Positions 56,814-64,000 of a stretch of 64,000 nt of DNA are shown here, piece by piece. The position numbers were made by a program, and so were the translations under genes. The DNA comes from an uncultured Parvularculaceae bacterium. GTDB taxonomy: Bacteria > Pseudomonadota > Alphaproteobacteria > Caulobacterales > Parvularculaceae. The first letter of the stretch is position 1; each line of letters begins with the position of its first letter. The stretch is from contig CAMYLZ010000018.1 in the NCBI GenBank assembly GCA_947259375.1, positions 55,441 to 119,440 on the forward strand, read 5' to 3'. The notes below the pieces were generated by a model that was given only the letters and a program-made list of their open reading frames with translations, had not been told where the DNA came from and did no database searches.

Positions 56814-57368
56814 ATGAAATCATTATGTGTTTACTGTGGATCACGCCCAGGTAGTGATCCTGCGTTCAAACAAGCCGCGATTGAAGTCGGCCAGGAAGCC
56901 GCCCGCCGGGACTGCCGGATCGTCTATGGCGGCGGCAAGCTTGGCCTGATGGGCGCGACAGCCGGCGCGGCGCGTGACGCCGGCGGCAAGGTATTTGGCG
57001 TCATTCCGGATTTTCTGGTGGAGCTTGAAGGCATCCTCGAAGGCGTCGATCACAAGGTCGTCTCCAATATGCATGAGCGCAAAATGATGATGTTCGAAGA
57101 ATCGGACGCCATTTTGACGCTGCCAGGCGGCATCGGCACGCTGGAAGAACTGATCGAGGTCCTTTCATGGGCGCGACTTGGCCTGCACCGCAAGCCGATC
57201 ATTGTACTCAATATCAATGAATTCTGGACGCCCCTTAAGGAACTGCTTCATCACGTGGTGGACACCAGCCTTGCCGACAAGGAACTGCTGAACGACGTGT
57301 GCTTTGTTGAAGACGTCAAAAGCGTTTTTGACTATGCCGACAAACGCATGCTGCGGGCGATCGCTTAG
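56814..57368 (+). CDS. LOG family nucleotide phosphoribohydrolase (TIGR00730 type)
   Basis: CVYCGS, VYGGG..GLMG, MHERK, LPGGIGTLEEL. Confidence 0.93.
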   Translation: MKSLCVYCGSRPGSDPAFKQAAIEVGQEAARRDCRIVYGGGKLGLMGATAGAARDAGGKVFGVIPDFLVELEGILEGVDHKVVSNMHERKMMMFEESDAILTLPGGIGTLEELIEVLSWARLGLHRKPIIVLNINEFWTPLKELLHHVVDTSLADKELLNDVCFVEDVKSVFDYADKRMLRAIA

Positions 57369-58693
57369 GCCTTTTGGCCGCGCAAACGCGCCCGCGCCTT
57401 TTCCGCGCCGATAAGCGGCAGGAGCGCCGCCATCTCCGGGCCGCGCGCCCTGCCGGTCAGCGCGAGACGCAAGGGCATGAATAAATTCTTGCCCTTGGCG
57501 CCGGTTTTTTCCTTGAGCGCGCTGGTCAACACGCCCCAGCTTTCCGCATCAAGCTGACCGGAAAGCAGCATCGCCGCCTCACCGCACAGCGCCTCATTTT
57601 CGATAACCGGCTCGATCTCGCCGTCGACAATTCCGACCCAATCAGCGGCTTCGGCGACACGCGTGATATTGCCGCGCACCGCCTCCCACAGCGATTGCGA
57701 AACGCCCAGCGCCTGCAGCCTGTCCGCCATTGTTTCAAACGATGTTTCACGAAGCAGCTTGGCGTTCAGGGCTTCGAGTTCGCCCATGTCGAACCGCGCC
57801 GGCGCGCGCCCGAGGCGATCAAAATCAAAAGTCTTGGCCAGCTCTTGAATATCAGGCTGCGGCGTAACCGGGTCGGCGGTGCCAAGCTTGGCGAGAAAGC
57901 TGGTGATTGACGCCGGTTCGACCCCGTCTTCTCGCATGACTTCAATCGACAGGGAGCCGAGGCGCTTTGACAGCCCCTGCCCATCGGCGCCGACAAGCAG
58001 CGAGTGATGGGCGAATTGCGGCGGCGTTCCGCCAAGCGCCCTGATAATCTCAATCTGCACGCCGGTATTGGTGACATGGTCTTCGCCGCGCATGACATGC
58101 GTGATGCTCATGTCGATATCATCAACGCAGCTTGGCAGCGTATAGAGAAACACGCCGTCTTCGCGGATCAGCACAGGGTCGGAGACGCTTGCGGTGTCCA
58201 CCGTCGTGTCGCCGCGAATGAGGTCGGTCCACGCTACCGGGGATTGCGAAAGCTTGAACCGCCAGTGGGGCCGGCGCCCTTCGTTTTCCAGGGCGGCGAC
58301 ATCATCCGCAGTGAGGTTTAACGCGCCGCGATCATAGACCGGCGGCAAGCCGCGCGCCCGCTGGATCTTGCGTTTGCGGTCGAGTTCTTCGGCCGTTTCA
58401 TAGCAGGGATATAGCAGGCCGGCGGCTTTCAGTTTTTCCGCCGCCGCCTCATATTCGCCGAACCGTTCCGACTGGCGCGTCGTCTCGTCCCAATTGAGCC
58501 CGAGCCAGCGGAGATCGGTTCGAATGCCGTCTTCATAGGCCTTGGTCGAGCGTTCACGGTCCGTATCGTCAATCCTGAGGACGAATGTTCCCTCTGATTT
58601 GCGCGCGAACAACCAGTTCCACAAGGCGGCGCGCACATTGCCAACATGAAGCTTGCCGGTTGGCGACGGCGCAAAACGGACTTTGACGGTCAT
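57365..58693 (-). CDS. gltX: Glutamate--tRNA ligase
   Basis: RFAPSPTGKLHVGN (HIGH), LRIDDTD, RGEDH, GLSKR (KMSKS), FMPLRLALTG. Confidence 0.95.
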   Translation of the reverse strand: MTVKVRFAPSPTGKLHVGNVRAALWNWLFARKSEGTFVLRIDDTDRERSTKAYEDGIRTDLRWLGLNWDETTRQSERFGEYEAAAEKLKAAGLLYPCYETAEELDRKRKIQRARGLPPVYDRGALNLTADDVAALENEGRRPHWRFKLSQSPVAWTDLIRGDTTVDTASVSDPVLIREDGVFLYTLPSCVDDIDMSITHVMRGEDHVTNTGVQIEIIRALGGTPPQFAHHSLLVGADGQGLSKRLGSLSIEVMREDGVEPASITSFLAKLGTADPVTPQPDIQELAKTFDFDRLGRAPARFDMGELEALNAKLLRETSFETMADRLQALGVSQSLWEAVRGNITRVAEAADWVGIVDGEIEPVIENEALCGEAAMLLSGQLDAESWGVLTSALKEKTGAKGKNLFMPLRLALTGRARGPEMAALLPLIGAEKARARLRGQKA

Positions 58694-58982
58694 TTGTTTT
58701 CTCGAAAAACCCTTGAGTTGCGTGGGATTAGCGGCTCTATGCCCGGCGGTCAAATGGGAGGCGCCTTGTGATGCGAACCGCTCAGCGCTCCGCCTCCAGC
58801 ATCACGGCGCGCCGGCTGCCGCTTGCGCGCCGCCCGCCGCTCTGCAAGCATCCGCAAAGGCAGAAAAATTGACCGGGGCGGAAACCGCGAAATCAAGGCT
58901 TATCATGCTCGGCAGCGCATCCGTCATACCCCATACCTCCGACCGTCCGGCGCTAGTTCATCAACGGGAGCAACTTGCAAAA

Positions 58983-59513
58983 ATGCTGAAACCAATGCTC
59001 AAGATCCTCGCAGGCGCTGTCTTGTTGACGGCGCCCCTCGCCCCCGCCGCCGCGGCGGCAGAGGCTATTGAAGCCGCTCGCGAAGACGTCGAATCGATCG
59101 ACGCTATCATGACGGCGATCTATGACGTCATCTCGGGCCCGGCGGGCGCGCCGCGCGACTGGGACCGATTCCGCTCGCTTTTCCATGAGGGCGCAAGGCT
59201 GATCCCTGTCGGCGCGAATGGCGCGACAGCGATAACACCGGAGGAATATGTAACCCGCGCCGGGGCATCCTTCGCCGAGAACGGCTTTTTCGAATCCGAA
59301 ATCGGCCGCAAGACCGACCGTTACGGCGACATCGTTCATATCTTCAGCGCTTATGAGGGGAAGCGCAACGCCGATGACGCCGAACCGTTCCTACGCGGCG
59401 TCAACTCTTTCCAGCTCCTGCGACATAAGGGGCGTTGGTGGATCGTCACTATCTATTGGCAAGCGGAAACGCCTGACAATCCGATCCCTGAGGCATACTT
59501 GCAGGCGCAATAG
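58983..59513 (+). CDS. Exported NTF2/SnoaL-like protein
   Basis: Signal peptide; IDAIMTAIYDVISGPAG..RDWDRFRSLF, FFESEI, YGDIVHIFSAYE, RGVNSFQL, WWIVTIYW. Confidence 0.8.
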   Translation: MLKPMLKILAGAVLLTAPLAPAAAAAEAIEAAREDVESIDAIMTAIYDVISGPAGAPRDWDRFRSLFHEGARLIPVGANGATAITPEEYVTRAGASFAENGFFESEIGRKTDRYGDIVHIFSAYEGKRNADDAEPFLRGVNSFQLLRHKGRWWIVTIYWQAETPDNPIPEAYLQAQ

Positions 59514-59521
59514 ACCGCGCC

Positions 59522-61195
59522 CTAGCGGTCGCGCCAGCCATTGGTAATGGGATAGCGCCGGTCGCGGCCGAAATTGACCGCCGCAACTTTCGGGCCTGGC
59601 GGCGCCTGGCGGCGTTTATATTCCGCAACGTATAGCAAGTGCTCGATGCGCCGCACGGTCTTTTCATCAAAGCCCTTGGCGACGATATCGCGCACCGCCA
59701 TTTCCTTCTCAACGAGCATTTCCAGGATCGGATCGAGCACCTCGTAAGGAGGAAGGCTGTCTTCGTCCTTTTGATCCTCGCGCAACTCGGCCGAAGGCGG
59801 CTTTGCAATAATCCGTTCCGGGATGACTTCGCCTTTCGCACCTTTCAAATCCGGCGCATGATGCGCATTACGCCACCGGCAGAGCGCGAACACTTCCAGC
59901 TTGTAAATATCTTTCAGCGGATTAAAGCCGCCATTCATGTCGCCATAAAGCGTTGCGTAACCAACCGACATTTCCGACTTGTTCCCGGTCGTCAGCACCA
60001 TATCGCCAAACTTGTTCGACAGGGCCATCAGGAGAACGCCGCGCAGGCGCGATTGAATATTCTCCTCGGTCACATCGGGATTGAGGCCCTCAAAGGCCGA
60101 CTCCAACATTTCGCCGAACGCCTTGACGCCCGGCTCAATTCCAATGGAACGATAGGAAACCCCAAGCGCCCGGGCGCATAATTCCGCGTCTTCGAGGCTC
60201 TCTTGCGACGTATAGCGCGAAGGCATCATCACACAATGTACTTTGTCAGCCCCAAGAGCATCAACTGCAATGGCTGCCGTAAGCGCTGAATCGACGCCGC
60301 CCGAAAGCCCGATGACGACGCCGTTAAAATAGTTTTTCAAGACATAATCCCGTACCGCGAGCGTCACCGCGCGATAGATCATTTCCTCGCCGCCGACCCA
60401 AGCCGCTTTAGGGCCGTCGACGCACGCCCAATGCCCGCCCTCCTTGCGCCACGCCGTCATGGCGATGGTTTCAGCAAATTGCGGACATCGATATTGAACA
60501 TTGCCTTGCGCATTCATGACGAACGCCGCGCCGTCGAACACTACCTCGTCCTGCCCGGCAAGCTGATTAATAAAAATCAGCGCCAGCCCTGTCCCCGTCA
60601 CGCGCGCGCGCGCCGCATTCACTCTTGCCTCCAACGCCGTCTTCCTGAACGGCGAGCCATGGGGAACGATAAAGATCTCCGCGCCTTGCCGGGCGAGATG
60701 CTCGCCCGCGCCTTCCAGCCACATGTCTTCGCAGACCATAAGGCCGAGCTTCAGGCCCTTGAACTCGACGGGTTCCGGATAGTCCGGACCCGGCGCAAAC
60801 CGGCGCGGCTCGTCAAAGACGCCGTAATTGGGCAAGCGCACTTTATAGCGCGCCGCCGTGATCTCGCCGTCCGCCAGCAAAAAAGCGGCGTTATAGAGCG
60901 CCTTGCCCGCGCCCTCCGTTTCCGGCCAGGGCGCGCCGATGATCATCGCCGGACCGCCATCGCCGGTGTCCTGCGCCAGCGCCTCAACCGCTTCACGGCA
61001 AGCGCGCTGATAAGACGGCTTCTGGACCAAATCCTCAGGCGGATAGCCGGAGACAACAAGCTCGCAAAAAACAATGAGATCTGCGCCTTGCCGTCCCGCC
61101 TCGGCGCGCGCCGCACGGATGCGCCGGACATTTCCGTCTATGTCGCCGACAACGGGCGCGATCTGGGCGATAGCGATGGAGAGTTTCTCGGTCAT
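59522..61195 (-). CDS. nadE: Glutamine-dependent NAD+ synthetase
   Basis: Nitrilase domain (GYPPEDL, LPNYGVFDE, CEDMW) plus synthetase domain (GLSGGVDS, ENIQSR, TGNKSE, TLYGD, PSAELREDQKD). Confidence 0.96.
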   Translation of the reverse strand: MTEKLSIAIAQIAPVVGDIDGNVRRIRAARAEAGRQGADLIVFCELVVSGYPPEDLVQKPSYQRACREAVEALAQDTGDGGPAMIIGAPWPETEGAGKALYNAAFLLADGEITAARYKVRLPNYGVFDEPRRFAPGPDYPEPVEFKGLKLGLMVCEDMWLEGAGEHLARQGAEIFIVPHGSPFRKTALEARVNAARARVTGTGLALIFINQLAGQDEVVFDGAAFVMNAQGNVQYRCPQFAETIAMTAWRKEGGHWACVDGPKAAWVGGEEMIYRAVTLAVRDYVLKNYFNGVVIGLSGGVDSALTAAIAVDALGADKVHCVMMPSRYTSQESLEDAELCARALGVSYRSIGIEPGVKAFGEMLESAFEGLNPDVTEENIQSRLRGVLLMALSNKFGDMVLTTGNKSEMSVGYATLYGDMNGGFNPLKDIYKLEVFALCRWRNAHHAPDLKGAKGEVIPERIIAKPPSAELREDQKDEDSLPPYEVLDPILEMLVEKEMAVRDIVAKGFDEKTVRRIEHLLYVAEYKRRQAPPGPKVAAVNFGRDRRYPITNGWRDR

Positions 61196-61244
61196 GAGCC
61201 GCATTTATGCTCTTTTTGAGCAAAAATAAAGCGCCCGCGCACGG

Positions 61245-61628
61245 TCATTCGACCTGCGCTTCGATGACATGCATGTCGTTGTCGGAAAGACCGAAATGAT
61301 GGCCGATTTCGTGAACGAGCACATGGCTCACCAGTTCTTCCAGACTGGCGCCACCGCGCATCCGCCATTCATCGAGAATCGAACGGCGATAGAGATGGAC
61401 ATGGTTCGGCGGCGCATCGTCCGCATCGGCCAGCGCCACGCCTTCGAACAGGCCCGAGAGCTCAAGCGGATCGACAATGCCCAGGTCCCGCAGAATTTCG
61501 GGCTCCGCCTCTTCCGCCACATGGATCACGACATTGCCGCAAAGCGCGCGAAACTCGGCGGGCAATGCGCAAAACGCCCGCCGCGCCAGCGCATCAAACG
61601 CCGCAAGGTCGGGCGCGCCGGCGTTCAC
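61245..61628 (-). CDS. Minimal zincin metallopeptidase-family protein
   Basis: LSGLFEG, HLYRR, VLVHEIGHHFGLSD (HExxH). Confidence 0.88.
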   Translation of the reverse strand: MNAGAPDLAAFDALARRAFCALPAEFRALCGNVVIHVAEEAEPEILRDLGIVDPLELSGLFEGVALADADDAPPNHVHLYRRSILDEWRMRGGASLEELVSHVLVHEIGHHFGLSDNDMHVIEAQVE

Positions 61629-61630
61629 CG

Positions 61631-63019
61631 CTACGCTCCGTCAGGCGCATCCACCGCATCATAGATCGCCTTGATCAGCGGTGTTGTCGCCTCCACCGGC
61701 GAGCGCCCGCGCGTGAGACCCGTGCGGACAATCACCATGCGCTTGTCGGGAATGATGAACACATATTGGCCTTCGTGACCGGCGAAATAGAACATTTCCT
61801 CCGGCAAGCCTTCGAAAAACCGTACGCGACCATTCCCCCCATCAAAATTCAACCAGAATTGCGCCCCATACTGACCATTGGATGCTGTTGTCGGGCGGCG
61901 CACATAATCAACCCATCCCTCGGGCAAAAGCCGCTCGCCGTCCCATACGCCGTCTTGCAGGTAGAGCTGACCGAGGCGCGCCCAGTCGCGCGCCGTCGCA
62001 TAGACATAGGATGAACCGATGAACGAGCCGGAGGCATCCGGTTCGAGAACCACGTTTGACGCGCCGACGGGATCGAACACCGTCTCACGGGCGAATTGGT
62101 AAAAATCAACACCATCGGCGGCCAACGCTTGGCGCAAGGTGCGCGCAATCAGGTTGGACGTGCCGCTCGAATAATACCAATGCTCGCCCGGCGCATGGTC
62201 GATCGTCATGTTCGCAGCAAAACCGCCCGCGTCGGCTTCCTCGAACAGCATGCGATTCACATCAGAGCGGGCCGCATCATAATCCTCGCCAAAGGCCAGG
62301 CCGCTCTGCATGCGCAACAGGTCATTCCAGGTAATCGCCGACCGCGCGCTGTCGCCATGCCACTCGGCCACGGGCGCTGGATCGTTTACCTCCACCAGAC
62401 CGCGCAACGCCGCCGCCCCGACCAGCGTCGCTGTCACGCTTTTCGCCATGGACCAGGACAGGAACGGTGTTTCGCGGGAAAAGCCATCCGCATACCGCTC
62501 ACTGACAATCATGCCGTCTACCGCCACGAGAACGGCGCGATGATGCGCGCCGTTCTCGCCGAACGCATCATCCATGGCGGCGTTCAATGCAGCATAATTA
62601 ACCCGTGCAAGCGCCCCTTCGGAACGCGGCGGCGCCTCTTCCCAACTTGTCATGTTCGCCGGCCCACCGGGCGCCGGCAAGGTGCTAACCCCGCCGCCAT
62701 TGGCGAGCGTGCAACCATAGCCGTCACGATAAATCGCGCGCACGCCCCCAAGCCCTAACGGACCGGCTGCACGCACTTGTCGGGCTTGTCGATCTACTTT
62801 CGCCGTGACCTGCCGCATCGCCGCGGCCATCCCATCGAATTCGCTGGTCAGGATTTCGTCCGCGTCGCGGCCCGCGACAAAGATTTCCGAACAGGCGATT
62901 TTGGCTTTGTAGCCGGCGCCAATCCGCACCAGCCGGTCAGCCTTGACGCCGAAATATGTGACCACGCCTGCAATGAGGGCGGCGATCAACAAAACATGAG
63001 GCGTCCACCGTGATGTCAT
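61631..63019 (-). CDS. Serine hydrolase, beta-lactamase/class C-like
   Basis: SWSMAKS (SxxK), LLRMQSGL, WYYSSG, GHEGQ; N-terminal TM. Confidence 0.9.
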   Translation of the reverse strand: MTSRWTPHVLLIAALIAGVVTYFGVKADRLVRIGAGYKAKIACSEIFVAGRDADEILTSEFDGMAAAMRQVTAKVDRQARQVRAAGPLGLGGVRAIYRDGYGCTLANGGGVSTLPAPGGPANMTSWEEAPPRSEGALARVNYAALNAAMDDAFGENGAHHRAVLVAVDGMIVSERYADGFSRETPFLSWSMAKSVTATLVGAAALRGLVEVNDPAPVAEWHGDSARSAITWNDLLRMQSGLAFGEDYDAARSDVNRMLFEEADAGGFAANMTIDHAPGEHWYYSSGTSNLIARTLRQALAADGVDFYQFARETVFDPVGASNVVLEPDASGSFIGSSYVYATARDWARLGQLYLQDGVWDGERLLPEGWVDYVRRPTTASNGQYGAQFWLNFDGGNGRVRFFEGLPEEMFYFAGHEGQYVFIIPDKRMVIVRTGLTRGRSPVEATTPLIKAIYDAVDAPDGA

Positions 63020-63257
63020 GACCTGAAACTATCCTCCGCTAATCATTCTGTCAGCCGTTACGCGCATCACCGGAAGTCAGGATCCTCGTTAATTCAGCTC
63101 ACGCCCGCTGTACAAAACCGCTCAATCTTCCGCATGGTTAGTATGCAGCCTAGCCATAGACAAGCTACAGGCCGTTTATCACGCCGGGAGAACGCCAAAC
63201 GGCTTGTGAAAAGGCCGCCCGATGCGTTATGCGAGAGGCGATACCAGGAGGAATTCA

Positions 63258-63962
63258 ATGCAGAAAATCTATCCTGACGCCGCGGCGACGCTTGAGGGCC
63301 TGCTGTTCGATGGAATGACCATCATGGCGGGCGGTTTCGGGCTTTGCGGTATTCCGGAAAACCTCATTCTCGCGCTGCGCGATTCCGGGGTTAAAAATCT
63401 CACCGTCATTTCCAATAATGCCGGCGTCGATGACTTCGGGCTCGGGCTATTGCTCAAAACGCGCCAGATCAAGAAGATGGTTTCTTCCTATGTCGGCGAG
63501 AACAAGGAATTCGAACGGCAATATCTTTCCGGCGAACTGGAACTTGAATTCAACCCGCAAGGCACGCTTGCGGAACGTTGCCGCGCCGGCGGCGCCGGCA
63601 TTCCGGGTTTTTACACCCGGACCGGCGTCGGCACGCAGATCGCCGAAGGCAAGGAACACAAGGAATTCAACGGCGAGATTTATATCTTGGAGACCGGTCT
63701 CGTGGCCGACCTTTCCATCGTCAAGGCATGGAAAGGCGACGAACAGGGAAACCTCATCTACCGGAAGACGGCGCGCAATTTTAATCCGATGATGGCGACC
63801 GCCGGAAAAGTTACGGTCGCCGAGGTCGAGGAGATTGTCCCGCTCGGCAGTTTCGATCCGGACAATATTCATACGCCCGGCATTTTCGTCCAGCGCCTGA
63901 TCAAGGGCGAACACGAAAAACGCATCGAACAACGCACCGTCCGTCAGCGGGAGAACGCCTAA
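63258..63962 (+). CDS. scoA: 3-oxoacid CoA-transferase subunit A
   Basis: [49 protein letters not shown]; AGGAGG RBS. Confidence 0.93.
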   Translation: MQKIYPDAAATLEGLLFDGMTIMAGGFGLCGIPENLILALRDSGVKNLTVISNNAGVDDFGLGLLLKTRQIKKMVSSYVGENKEFERQYLSGELELEFNPQGTLAERCRAGGAGIPGFYTRTGVGTQIAEGKEHKEFNGEIYILETGLVADLSIVKAWKGDEQGNLIYRKTARNFNPMMATAGKVTVAEVEEIVPLGSFDPDNIHTPGIFVQRLIKGEHEKRIEQRTVRQRENA

Positions 63963-64000
63963 TGCCCTGGGATCGAAATCAAATGGCCGAACGGGCTGCA
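63962..64000 (+). CDS. scoB: 3-oxoacid CoA-transferase subunit B (5' fragment)
   Basis: TAATG overlap with scoA; [13 protein letters not shown] is the typical subunit-B N-terminus. Confidence 0.8.
   Translation, partial: MPWDRNQMAERAA

Noticed and set aside
195-63932. The many Arg/Ala/Pro-rich overlapping ORFs in the six-frame track (e.g. 10688-11929, 38672-40111, 21820-22734)
   Set aside because: They are antisense or off-frame shadows of well-supported GC-rich genes, with no motifs or RBS.
1-64000. tRNA/rRNA genes, IS elements, prophage or defence genes
   Set aside because: No cloverleaf T-loop/anticodon pattern in intergenic gaps, no rRNA signatures, and no transposase, integrase or nuclease motifs recognised.

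Overview
GC-rich alphaproteobacterial chromosome segment. FzlA, CtrA-like boxes and gene order suggest a Caulobacterales/Parvularculales-type organism (inference). It is densely coding, and I found no rRNA, tRNA, CRISPR array, transposase or phage gene. Housekeeping genes: fumC, sodB, yajC-secDF, cysQ, fzlA-queG, LOG, gltX, nadE, scoAB. Accessory features: (i) a ~19.4 kb exosortase-D/exopolysaccharide locus (31781-51161) with a G8-domain Ig-flanked beta-helix protein, a Gfo/Idh/MocA-SDR fusion, three GT2s, a WecB/TagA GT with a STAS-like tail, a PrsT-like TPR lipoprotein, a split Wzc, and an ExeA-type ATPase fused to an apparently inactive copy of the neighbouring GT2; (ii) a separate ugd-wcaJ pair beside cysQ; (iii) several full-length proteins with eroded catalytic motifs, namely a GlnE-like protein, a tandem AlkP-superfamily pair behind a sigma54-like promoter, and a GT-C-like membrane protein. 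All family calls come from motif recognition by eye, with no database search.
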